From a virus (Duplodnaviria; Caudoviricetes): 64,000 nt of DNA. The notes beneath the pieces were generated by a model. It did no database searches, was not told where the DNA came from, and was given only the letters and a program-made list of their open reading frames with translations. Numbering within the stretch: the stretch's first letter is position 1; every line of letters begins with the position of its first letter. Made by a program: the position numbers and the translations under genes. Below are positions 54,999-64,000 of this stretch, in pieces. The stretch is from IMG/VR virus record IMGVR_UViG_3300001528_000580, positions 96,001 through 160,000 of that record; one strand, written 5' to 3'.

Positions 54999-56669
54999 TT
55001 AAAATAAGCCTGAAATTTCTCCTGATTCATTTATTTTCATATTATCAGAATTAGGAATTGGTGGTAATCCTGGCATAGAAACAATACTTCCAGTATATAC
55101 AATAATAAATTTTGCTCCATTTGATATATCAATATCTTGAATAGTAATATCAAAATTAGTAGGAGCACCTAATAACTTTGGATTATCTGTAAAAGAATAC
55201 TGATTTTTTGCTATACATATTGTATAGTTGTCAATATCAATGAATTTTCTCATTGTTAATAATTTTGATTTTGCTTTACTACTATAATTGACACTATCAG
55301 CTTTATATATTTCTCTACATATTTTTTCTATTTTAATTTCAATGGGATCATTTATATCATATGTAAAATGAACATTTTTAACATTTTCGCAATATTGAAT
55401 TATTCTTTCAGCTAATTCAATACCACCTGAAAATCCATCTTTATAAGTACTATTTAATTCATATTTCATATTAAATTCATTACACAAACTATCAAATGTT
55501 TCATAATCATCTTTAGTATCAGAATCAAACATATTAAGTGCGATAATAACATTTGAACAAAACTTTTTCAAATTGTCATAGTGTCTCTTTAAGTTAGAAA
55601 ATCCTCTTTTAATATCATCTTTTCCATTATATTTAATAGATTGTATTGTTGCTACTAATACAATACAGTTAGGTATTATATTAGCATATCTACACTTAAT
55701 GTTAAAAAACTTTTCAGCTCCTAAATCAGCTCCAAAACCTGCTTCTGTAATAACATAATCAGCTAATTTTAATGCTGTTTTAGTTGCAATAATAGAATTA
55801 CAACCATGTGCTATATTCGCAAATGGACCACCATGAATTAAAGCACCTGTTCCTGCTAATGTTTGAACTAAATTAGGTTTTATTGCATCTTTCAATAATA
55901 TAGCCATAGCTTCATTAGCATTGATGTCTTTAGCCTTAATTAATTTATTATCATAACTATATCCAATTATAATTTCACCTAATTTATTTTTTAAATCAAT
56001 TAATGATTCTGACAAACAAAAAATTGCCATAATTTCAGATGCAGAAGTTATACTAAAATGTTCTTCTCTAGTATAACCATCAATATTATTCCCTAATCCA
56101 ACAACAATATTTCTTAACATTCTATCGTTTAAATCAATACATCTTTTAAATGTTATTGTTTTAGGATTTATATTTAATTTGTTACCATGAAATATATGAT
56201 TGTCAATTAATGATGCTAATAGATTATTTGCAGAAGTTATAGCATGAAAATCTCCAGTAAAATGTAAATTAATATCTTCCATTGGAATAACTTGAGAATA
56301 TCCACCACCAGTTGCCCCACCTTTGATCCCAAATACTGGTCCTAAAGATGGTTGTCTTAAAGCAAGTAATGCATGTTTATTTTTATTTTTTAAAACAAAA
56401 TTCAAAGCATCTGCTAGTCCAATAGAACATGTTGTTTTACCATTCCCATATTTTGTTGGACTAATAGATGTAACAAGAATTAGTTTACCGTTTTTATTGG
56501 TATTTATTTTTTCATAATCAATTTTTGCCATATTCTTTCCGTATGGAATAATATAATCTTCATTTATTCCATTGCTTTTGGCAATTTCATATATATCTTT
56601 TATTTTAACACTATGAGAAATTGTAATATCATCTTTCATATTATTTTCCTTATTATTTAACTTTATCAA
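54999..56669 (-). CDS. fhs: formate--tetrahydrofolate ligase
   Basis: PT..G.GKTT, R.PSLGP.FGIKGGATGGGYSQV.PMEDINLHFTGDFHAI, HGGPFANIAHGCNS, TEAGFGADLGAEKF, MPGLP; likely start MKDDI ~56639. Confidence 0.97.
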   Translation of the reverse strand: MIKLNNKENNMKDDITISHSVKIKDIYEIAKSNGINEDYIIPYGKNMAKIDYEKINTNKNGKLILVTSISPTKYGNGKTTCSIGLADALNFVLKNKNKHALLALRQPSLGPVFGIKGGATGGGYSQVIPMEDINLHFTGDFHAITSANNLLASLIDNHIFHGNKLNINPKTITFKRCIDLNDRMLRNIVVGLGNNIDGYTREEHFSITSASEIMAIFCLSESLIDLKNKLGEIIIGYSYDNKLIKAKDINANEAMAILLKDAIKPNLVQTLAGTGALIHGGPFANIAHGCNSIIATKTALKLADYVITEAGFGADLGAEKFFNIKCRYANIIPNCIVLVATIQSIKYNGKDDIKRGFSNLKRHYDNLKKFCSNVIIALNMFDSDTKDDYETFDSLCNEFNMKYELNSTYKDGFSGGIELAERIIQYCENVKNVHFTYDINDPIEIKIEKICREIYKADSVNYSSKAKSKLLTMRKFIDIDNYTICIAKNQYSFTDNPKLLGAPTNFDITIQDIDISNGAKFIIVYTGSIVSMPGLPPIPNSDNMKINESGEISGLF

Positions 56670-57132
56670 AAATAAACAAATTTGGTATTTTGTTTAATAT
56701 TGGTTCTATATTATTTCTTACAAAACTTATTTCTAAATTACCATTACTACATCCTGGCATTGGCAAATATATATTATAATTATGATTTAAATATTTTTTT
56801 TCATATGCCATTAATAATTCTTTACATGACATTTTTATTAAATCAATATCTGAATCATCTTTCCAGTGATATTTTGTTTGAAATGATAATATTCTATTGT
56901 TATTATATTTTCCTAAAAAATGAACAAATTTAAAATCAGATGATATTTTATTTGATAAATATTTACCAAGTACAATTGAGGTTTCAGGATAATAAGAATT
57001 AATTATCTTAGCTATTCCTGCACCCATCACAGCATTACCATCTTTTTTTATTATACCGTTTGTCGTTACACAGAAATATTTATCTTCACTATCTGATAAT
57101 ATATCTTCTGCATTTTTATAAATATATATCAT
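56653..57132 (-). CDS. macrodomain (ADP-ribose-binding/hydrolase) protein
   Basis: TTNG..G.AVMGAGIA, F.TK.HWKD.S....I, LP.PGC.NG.L. Confidence 0.85.
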   Translation of the reverse strand: MIYIYKNAEDILSDSEDKYFCVTTNGIIKKDGNAVMGAGIAKIINSYYPETSIVLGKYLSNKISSDFKFVHFLGKYNNNRILSFQTKYHWKDDSDIDLIKMSCKELLMAYEKKYLNHNYNIYLPMPGCSNGNLEISFVRNNIEPILNKIPNLFIFDKVK

Positions 57133-57404
57133 ATATTTGGTTCTAAAAATTTTAACTCATTTTGTTTACAAAAATTTAAAAAACTATTTTTGCTAGACTT
57201 TTGACCAAAATCATCTGATATATAACATGCAGGATTAAACGGAGCTAAATTTATTCTAATATTTTCTGGTTTATAATCATGTTTTTTAAAACAAGCAATT
57301 AATCCATGTTTTTTTGATGTACAATAAAGAACTGTATATTTTTTATTATCTAAAATAAATTTAAATATCTTTTCATAATCTTTTGTTTCTTTATAAGCTA
57401 GCAT
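57129..57404 (-). CDS. hypothetical protein
   Basis: ORF track; RBS. Confidence 0.65.
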   Translation of the reverse strand: MLAYKETKDYEKIFKFILDNKKYTVLYCTSKKHGLIACFKKHDYKPENIRINLAPFNPACYISDDFGQKSSKNSFLNFCKQNELKFLEPNI

Positions 57405-57434
57405 TATTATTAAATCCTTATGTTAATTTATTTT

Positions 57435-57653
57435 CTAACTACCAAATATTATTTTTTCATATAAAACCATTTGCAAGATTGCAATTGTAACGAAAGACAA
57501 AATTATTATAATACAAAAAGAAACTCCAAATATATTTGGATGTTTATTATAATTTACAATCTTTTCTAAAATATAAATTGCTAAGAAAGCAAATATAAAT
57601 ATAAAAAATTGCATACAATTTATTGTTAAAATTGATTCTATAAGATTTTTCAA
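57435..57653 (-). CDS. small membrane protein
   Basis: two TM segments; promoter at 57682-57712. Confidence 0.6.
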   Translation of the reverse strand: MKNLIESILTINCMQFFIFIFAFLAIYILEKIVNYNKHPNIFGVSFCIIIILSFVTIAILQMVLYEKIIFGS

Positions 57654-57720
57654 AAAAATTCCTTAATCATTTAATAATGTATTAATATAGCACAGTTTAT
57701 ATTATTTTCAAATAATTTTT

Positions 57721-58326
57721 TTGATATTTTATATGTTATATGAAATGGAGGACATAAAAATGATTTTTAAACGCTCAATGAATAAACAGGAAACTATTTT
57801 ATATAATAGTTCCATTTCTTTTATTAAATTTAGAACTAAAGAATTAGTAGAAGAGATTGATTTTTTAATCTCAAATCCATCTAAAATAAATTTTGTAAAT
57901 AGTTTTAATGCAAAATTCTTTTTTGACCAGATGAAAAATGATGAAGAAAGAATAGAATATTTAAAACAATTAAAAGATAAACTATTATTGATGAATGAGT
58001 GTGAAAAGGTTAAAGTTAAAGTTGGAACTTTCTTACATCCTATGTGTTGGCTTTATGAATTAGGATTGCTATTAGAACAAACTGAAAATTTTAAAAAGAT
58101 AGGTACAGCATTAAAACAATTTGAGATGCATGGGTTTTGTGTTCCATTTAAAATTGGCAAACCAATTATGATTACATTTAGAGTATTTCAAAGAGGTGAA
58201 GAAGAATTAAATCAAATATTGAGTCATGAGTTAACCCATTCTCTTATGAATACAAAAGATATTAATGCTACCGATTATAAAAAAGCAATCAATGACGCTT
58301 GGACAATTTGCATGTTATATATTTAA
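57721..58326 (+). CDS. zincin-like protein (HELTH..TKD); likely start MIFKRS at 57760
   Basis: HExxH; GGAGG RBS. Confidence 0.6.
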   Translation: MIFYMLYEMEDIKMIFKRSMNKQETILYNSSISFIKFRTKELVEEIDFLISNPSKINFVNSFNAKFFFDQMKNDEERIEYLKQLKDKLLLMNECEKVKVKVGTFLHPMCWLYELGLLLEQTENFKKIGTALKQFEMHGFCVPFKIGKPIMITFRVFQRGEEELNQILSHELTHSLMNTKDINATDYKKAINDAWTICMLYI

Positions 58327-58394
58327 TAATATAATTTATTTATTTTAACTATTTTTTTATTTTTTTTAATTATAAAATGTTAAAGGAAGTTAAA

Positions 58395-60845
58395 ATGATA
58401 AAGGATATAATTATATTAGCAAAAAAATATAAAATTGCTGGTAATATCAATAGTATTTCAAATGCAATTCAAGAAGAATTTTTAAGAAAATACCATTATA
58501 ATTCTTATAAAGATATTCCACCAGATAAAATTGAAAGATTAGAAGAATATATTTCAATAAGAAAAGATGAAATTGATAATGAATTAAAAAAACAGGTTAA
58601 AAATCCACAATATATTAGTTGGATTTATGATATTATTAAAAGCGGTAATCAAGGAATTGAAGATATTCAAAAATTAATTAATGAAATTGAAAGATTTGAA
58701 TATATTAGAAATCATGTTGATGCTATAAATGATAAATTTGAAAAGCAAGATAAGAAAAAGATAAATAAAAATATATTTAATATATTTAATTTTAAAACAT
58801 ACAGTGATTTACATTCATTTGTTTCTGAATATACTAGTTATTTAGAAGATAACATTGAAAGAGATAAATTAAAAAGTAAACCTATCAATTTCCCATTAGT
58901 ATATGAAAATTCAAAATATAAAGTATATTCAATTGGAGAAATGGAAGCAGATGATTTTCAAGAATTATATGGCGAAAAAGGTTGGGATACAGGTTGGTGT
59001 ATAGCACAAGGAACTGTTGATTTTAATGAGTATTTAGGTGAATATGATAGTTATTATCTTATACTTAATAAATCAAATGAACCTATATCATTAATTAGTT
59101 TAGATGATTTACAATTTAAAAATGTTCATGATGATACAATGATAAAGTTAGATAAATATATTATTGATGCAGTAGATCATATTTTATCAATTAATGGATT
59201 AGAAGCAGAAGACATAGATGAAGATGAATATAATGATTTTGAAGGATATATGTTAACAAAAGCATTTGAGTCAAATGCACAACAATTAGAATTATTTGAA
59301 GAATATGATAATTATGTAACAGAACACATGTATCATGATGTTGCGTTTATAAAAGATAAAAATGATAAATATAATTATTTTGTAACTAAAAATGGTAATT
59401 TATCATTAATTATTTCAACTAATTTACAAAATATATTATATATTAATTCAATGGATCAAGATATTGTTGAGGCTTTTTATAATATATTTAATTCTGAACG
59501 TTATCCATTAAATTATTTTGTAGTTAGAAATTATTCATTATTGACAAATTTTAATTTAAAAGAATATTTTGATTTCTTTATTAAAAATAAATTTATAGAT
59601 GGATTATCAAAAATTTTATCAACAAATAAAAAACTTAGTAAAGAACAAAAAGAAAAAGGTATTGATTTTATTTTAGAAAATGCAAGATATAAAAGTGATT
59701 TAGCAATTCTTAATACTATATACAGTGAAACAAATGATAAATTTTTAAAGGAATATATTAATAGTAAGGTTTTAAGTAGTAAAAGAATTAAAAATATTTC
59801 TGAACAAATTAAAAAATATCATTCAAAAGAAGATATTGAAGCCATAATTGATGAATTGTTGTCTAAAGTTATGTTGGATGGAACTATTATTGATGTTTTA
59901 TCAAAATATATTTATGTTGTTAGTAAAGAATACAAAGAAAAATTTATCGATTTTATATATGATGAAAATAAAATTGAAGCAGTTTTTTCTAATAATTCAG
60001 ATACAGTATCTTTTTCTCATAATTTAGATAAAGAGTTTAATAATATGTTAATTGAAAAATGTTTGAATGGTGATAAAGAAAAATATAAATTAATGTTGTT
60101 GACACAATTTAATAAAATGAGTGAAGAACAAAAAAATAAAACATTAAAAGAAGTATCAGGAATTGATTATGTATCGAGTTATTTGACTAATTTAATAATG
60201 AATTATCATATAGAAGATAAATTGATTCCAAGAATAGTAGATATAATGGTAACAGATAGCGAAATTAATTTTAGTAATATTTTAAAGTTGATTAAAAAAA
60301 ATAATATTAAAAACAGATTATTCATAAGTGAATTCATAAAAAAGGCATTATTAAATGCATATTGGGCTGTTGTAGCTGACTTAATGGTTGATCGTGAAAT
60401 TGTGGCAGATAATAATTTAATGAACTTTATTATTAATGATAATTATCCATATAAAAATGATTTGTTACGTTATTTAATATTAAAACCGACTATACATTTA
60501 AAAGAAGAACAAGTAGAAAAAATTATTGATTTTTTTATAAAAAATAAAAATACAATGTTATTGACTGAACTTTTATTTGGAGATGAATTACATTATTATA
60601 AAGATATTTTAAGAAAAGTAGCAATATATTTATTAAAATATTCAGATAATGATGATCCTCATTTATTAAGACGTATTTTGTCAGAATTTAAAAATGACAA
60701 TAATATTTCAAATGATGTATTAGATAAATTTAGAAAATTTTATAATAAAAATGACAAATATTTTAAAGAAGAAATTCAAAGAATAATTGATAAACAATTA
60801 TATAATTCAGATAAACAATTAGAATATTATAAAAAACTTTTATAA
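58395..60845 (+). CDS. large phage protein (T.WC motif, helical C-terminal half), putative virion protein
   Basis: AAGGAAG RBS before ATG 58395; DTGWCIA motif. Confidence 0.75.
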   Translation: MIKDIIILAKKYKIAGNINSISNAIQEEFLRKYHYNSYKDIPPDKIERLEEYISIRKDEIDNELKKQVKNPQYISWIYDIIKSGNQGIEDIQKLINEIERFEYIRNHVDAINDKFEKQDKKKINKNIFNIFNFKTYSDLHSFVSEYTSYLEDNIERDKLKSKPINFPLVYENSKYKVYSIGEMEADDFQELYGEKGWDTGWCIAQGTVDFNEYLGEYDSYYLILNKSNEPISLISLDDLQFKNVHDDTMIKLDKYIIDAVDHILSINGLEAEDIDEDEYNDFEGYMLTKAFESNAQQLELFEEYDNYVTEHMYHDVAFIKDKNDKYNYFVTKNGNLSLIISTNLQNILYINSMDQDIVEAFYNIFNSERYPLNYFVVRNYSLLTNFNLKEYFDFFIKNKFIDGLSKILSTNKKLSKEQKEKGIDFILENARYKSDLAILNTIYSETNDKFLKEYINSKVLSSKRIKNISEQIKKYHSKEDIEAIIDELLSKVMLDGTIIDVLSKYIYVVSKEYKEKFIDFIYDENKIEAVFSNNSDTVSFSHNLDKEFNNMLIEKCLNGDKEKYKLMLLTQFNKMSEEQKNKTLKEVSGIDYVSSYLTNLIMNYHIEDKLIPRIVDIMVTDSEINFSNILKLIKKNNIKNRLFISEFIKKALLNAYWAVVADLMVDREIVADNNLMNFIINDNYPYKNDLLRYLILKPTIHLKEEQVEKIIDFFIKNKNTMLLTELLFGDELHYYKDILRKVAIYLLKYSDNDDPHLLRRILSEFKNDNNISNDVLDKFRKFYNKNDKYFKEEIQRIIDKQLYNSDKQLEYYKKLL

Positions 60846-60900
60846 TTTATGAAAGTAATATTTGTTTGGTTTTTCAAACAAAAAATAAGGAGATAGAAAA

Positions 60901-61185
60901 ATGAGTGAAGAAGTAAAAAAAGAAGCGGAAGTTAAAGAAGAAGTAAAGAAAAGTTCAAAATTAAGAGAAATTATAAAATATATTATTGTTCTTCTTGTTG
61001 GAGCTGCCGCTGCAGCAGGAATAATTAAACACGAAGATATTAAAGATGCTGTAATAAAAGGTGAACAAGCAAATGTACAAATTCAAGATGCAATGTATAA
61101 GGTTGATGTTGTTATAACAAAAGTTAAAGAATCAAAAGATAAAGATAAAGTTGTTGAAGAAGTTATAACAGAAGAAGTAAAATAA
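60901..61185 (+). CDS. single-TM protein
   Basis: IIVLLVGAAAAAGII; AAGGAG RBS; terminator at 61211-61250. Confidence 0.7.
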   Translation: MSEEVKKEAEVKEEVKKSSKLREIIKYIIVLLVGAAAAAGIIKHEDIKDAVIKGEQANVQIQDAMYKVDVVITKVKESKDKDKVVEEVITEEVK

Positions 61186-61284
61186 TTTAATATTATTTTG
61201 TTGTTAATTGATAAATGGTAATAAGTTGTTAATTGTTACCATTTATTTTTTTAATATTTTTCTTTATAAAAACAAAAAGGAATT

Positions 61285-62091
61285 ATGATGAAACTTCAGT
61301 ATAAATTATATCTTATTGCAAAAACTTTAGAAGCTGGTGATATTGCATTTGATGAATTAAAAATCAACGGAGCTACTAATCTTGGAAACGTAAAAAACGA
61401 TTTAGATTCATATAGAGCTTATGAACCATATGGATTAAAATTAGAAAAAGGATCAAAGGAATATAAAGCGGTTCCTATTAGTGGAATGTTATATACCAAC
61501 CAATTAGTTTCTATTGCTTTGAACAGGATAAAAAATATTGATAAAGAAGTATTTAATAAACTCGGTCAATTATTTATAAATAATATTTTCTTAGATGCAT
61601 GTTTTAAAGTTTTAAATATTCCAATAAATCATAATCAAAATTTTGAAGAAGCAAAAAGACAAGTATTGGAAGATGAAAATGAAACGGTAATTACTGATAA
61701 AACAAGATTGAAAAATGGTTATACCGTAACTGCACCTGCAATATCACAAATGAAAAAATTTACAATTTCAATTCTCAATACAAGTGAGAAAGGTAGCATT
61801 GATAGTCTTGCAGAAAGAATAAAAGAAATTATTGTAAGAGAAAATGCAAGAGATTTAAGAGATATAGAAATTACCGTTGAAAATAAAAAAGTTGATGAAA
61901 TTTTAAGCAAAATTGATAAATATATTTCAGAAGATTATAAAGAAACTGGTGTTGAAGATGTAATTTTAAAAGATGGAATAAAAATAATAAACCAAATGAC
62001 TAAATCTAAAATGAATGAAAACTTCGATTATTATATGAATATGGAGCCTGGCGATAAAGAAACAATATTAACTTTTAGAGCTAAGTTATAA
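61285..62091 (+). CDS. hypothetical protein with KLYLIAKTL leader
   Basis: AAGGAA RBS. Confidence 0.75.
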   Translation: MMKLQYKLYLIAKTLEAGDIAFDELKINGATNLGNVKNDLDSYRAYEPYGLKLEKGSKEYKAVPISGMLYTNQLVSIALNRIKNIDKEVFNKLGQLFINNIFLDACFKVLNIPINHNQNFEEAKRQVLEDENETVITDKTRLKNGYTVTAPAISQMKKFTISILNTSEKGSIDSLAERIKEIIVRENARDLRDIEITVENKKVDEILSKIDKYISEDYKETGVEDVILKDGIKIINQMTKSKMNENFDYYMNMEPGDKETILTFRAKL

Positions 62092-63231
62092 TATATTATT
62101 CAACCAAGTTTTTAAATTTTTATCTAAATTATTTATTATATAAAGAGAGAAGAGTTCTGCAAAAAACTCTTCTTCATTTTTTAAACTATATGAAGTTGGA
62201 ACATTGACAAAATCAATACCATTTACTTTTTTAATTGAATCAAATGTAATATAATAATGCTTATTATCAATAACAGATTTGCAAAGTATTTTGCCATTTT
62301 CATATTTAAGAAAAATAAATTTTTCCCCATCATTATTGATTAATTTATCACCTGTTCTGAATTTTTTGTTTTTAGTAAAATTATATCTTGTTTTAATTCT
62401 TTCTTTTGTATGTTCACTTAAATATCTATCATATAATCTATGCCCTAATTCATGTATAAAATATCGTATTATTTCTTCTTTTGAATTTTTTGCATTTACT
62501 CTTATATAATCTTTTTCACTTGTGTAATCAGCTGCAGCATTAGTAATATTTTTAACAAATTCTACAATTCCATAGCAAAGAAAATTAAATTTATTACCTA
62601 ACTTATTTTCAATTTGATCTAATATATCTTTTATGTCATCTTGATTTATAATATTATCACTTGATATTATTTTCCACTTTTTATAATCAAATTTATAAAG
62701 TCCATTATTATTTTTATTATTAAAATCAATAGCAATTCCAAAATGCGTTTCAAAATCACCAATAGAAAATTCAATTTTCTTACTTAATTCAGAAAATAGT
62801 TGTTCTGCATTATAAGAATGTTGTGATTTAACGTATAAATTTAATCTATTTTTATCAATTCTATTAAAATTAATATTTCCAATAGTTGATAAAAAATCTT
62901 TTTTGTGGTTTTTAAGTATATCAATTAACTGATTTTTAGAAATTTGTAGATATGAATTTAACTGGTTATCTGGAATATCAATTTCAAAATCTTTTTTTAT
63001 AATTCTTTTTAATGATTCTTTAGGTATAGATAACTCATTAAATTTATTTAAAATTTCTTTAAAACTATTTATTTCAAATAATATGTATTCATTTTCGCTT
63101 TTGTTAAGAACTGTATATAATGGATATTTATTATTATTGAGAAATGTTATTTGATCTTTTAATTTTATATAATAATAAAATTTTCTTGATATTAATAGTT
63201 TAGCAATTTTAAATAATTTATTTGAAAACAT
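62086..63231 (-). CDS. zincin metallopeptidase-domain protein with KLFKIAKLL leader
   Basis: HELGH ... PT.YS..N.EEFFAE. Confidence 0.7.
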   Translation of the reverse strand: MFSNKLFKIAKLLISRKFYYYIKLKDQITFLNNNKYPLYTVLNKSENEYILFEINSFKEILNKFNELSIPKESLKRIIKKDFEIDIPDNQLNSYLQISKNQLIDILKNHKKDFLSTIGNINFNRIDKNRLNLYVKSQHSYNAEQLFSELSKKIEFSIGDFETHFGIAIDFNNKNNNGLYKFDYKKWKIISSDNIINQDDIKDILDQIENKLGNKFNFLCYGIVEFVKNITNAAADYTSEKDYIRVNAKNSKEEIIRYFIHELGHRLYDRYLSEHTKERIKTRYNFTKNKKFRTGDKLINNDGEKFIFLKYENGKILCKSVIDNKHYYITFDSIKKVNGIDFVNVPTSYSLKNEEEFFAELFSLYIINNLDKNLKTWLNNIL

Positions 63232-63320
63232 ATCTATTCCTTTTTATAGAAATAAAAAAATAAAAAAAATTGTAATGAAAAAATAATATCATTACAATTC
63301 TTATTAAAAAACAATAACTA

Positions 63321-63751
63321 TTAATTTATTTTGTTTCCTTTTTTAAAATTACATCTGGCGCACATTGTTTGTAAATTAACAAGTTCATTAAGACCACCTT
63401 TTGATTTTGGAAAAATATGATCTTTTGTAAAAAGAATTTCAACTCCTCTATTATTAAAACCATAAAGGTTAAAATGCCAACAATTTCTATTAGCTTGTTC
63501 TTGACAACCAGCTTCAATGCGAAAATATGATGCTTTACAGCCACATGAAGCACATGTAAGGCTTTTCCGAAAGTTTCATACCTTAAAGAATATTGCGAAA
63601 TAAGAGCACCGTCAACGTTTATTCTTGCAATTCCTTTTTTCTTTGCAGTATGCTTAGGAATATAGTTGATTGGTATTATTGAAAACACTTCTTCAATAGA
63701 ATATTTCTTGTCGTTATAACGAATCATATTTTTCCCTTTTATATTGGACAA
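63321..63751 (-). pseudogene. frameshifted HNH endonuclease (paralog of 12307..12759)
   Basis: after ..RYETF (~63570) the -1 frame reads RKSLTCASCG..TKDHIFPKSKGG.N...NLQTMCARCN..K*. Confidence 0.8.
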
Positions 63752-63837
63752 TATAATATATCATAAAAATTTGTAAAATCAACTATATTTATTCATAAAA
63801 TTTAATATTTTTTATTTATAAAAAAGGAGTCAAGATA

Positions 63838-64000
63838 ATGGACAAAAAATTAATGATTGCAATTGCAAAATTAAAGAAACAAATAGATGCTTTTGAGGAA
63901 GAATTTAAATTTAATAATTTTAAGAAAGATTATGATAAGAATTCAAAGTCAAAAAAAGAAGATTTGAAAAAAGATGTTTTAAAACAAATTAAAAATGATC
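63838..64000 (+). CDS. partial CDS (MDKKLMIAIAKLKK...), runs off the window
   Basis: AAGGAG RBS; open to the end. Confidence 0.7.
   Translation, partial: MDKKLMIAIAKLKKQIDAFEEEFKFNNFKKDYDKNSKSKKEDLKKDVLKQIKND

Noticed and set aside
54999-56669. Bacterial chromosome origin suggested by fhs, nadE and smpB
   Set aside because: These are isolated among more than 100 small phage-type hypotheticals, homing endonucleases and repeated early promoters, with no housekeeping operon context. A phage origin is inferred, although no structural hallmark gene is in the window.
1-64000. Stop-codon reassignment, as in some large phages
   Set aside because: Known genes (fhs, nadE, smpB, tnpA) are full length in code 11, and coding density is high with TAA, TAG and TGA all used as stops. 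The tRNA loop CTTCTAA reads as anticodon TCT, not a CTA suppressor.

Overview
AT-rich, gene-dense window that reads as part of a large (jumbo-type) dsDNA bacteriophage genome. It uses genetic code 11, AAGGA ribosome-binding sites and sigma70-type promoters. From about 1 to 50 kb, mostly small minus-strand genes are arranged in short operons, each headed by a conserved promoter (TTGa-16/17 bp-gGTG-TATAGT). Recognisable functions: SmpB, YqeY, a RelA/SpoT-type HD hydrolase, tRNA-Arg(UCU) with an adjacent nucleotidyltransferase, DUF4406, a SAM methyltransferase, NadE, a deaminase, a HAD hydrolase, an ABC/AAA ATPase, DUF932, Fhs, a macrodomain, several zincin peptidases and HNH-type endonucleases (two broken). 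The standout is an expanded putative peptide/amide-ligation system. It has six paralogous glutamine-synthetase-fold amidoligases (five in tandem) carrying 0-8 CxxC zinc fingers, a zinc-finger-fused class II glutamine amidotransferase, and a second operon pairing the sixth ligase with a lipoprotein and an M28 peptidase. Also notable: an intact IS607-TnpB element whose empty site can be reconstructed; a half-eroded second tnpB in an AT-rich repeat zone; a candidate ~115-nt sRNA with an anti-Shine-Dalgarno loop; a 96-bp dispersed repeat; and a shared N-terminal leader on putative late/virion proteins. No capsid, terminase, polymerase, CRISPR array or tmRNA was seen. All family calls come from motif recognition by eye; no database searches were run.
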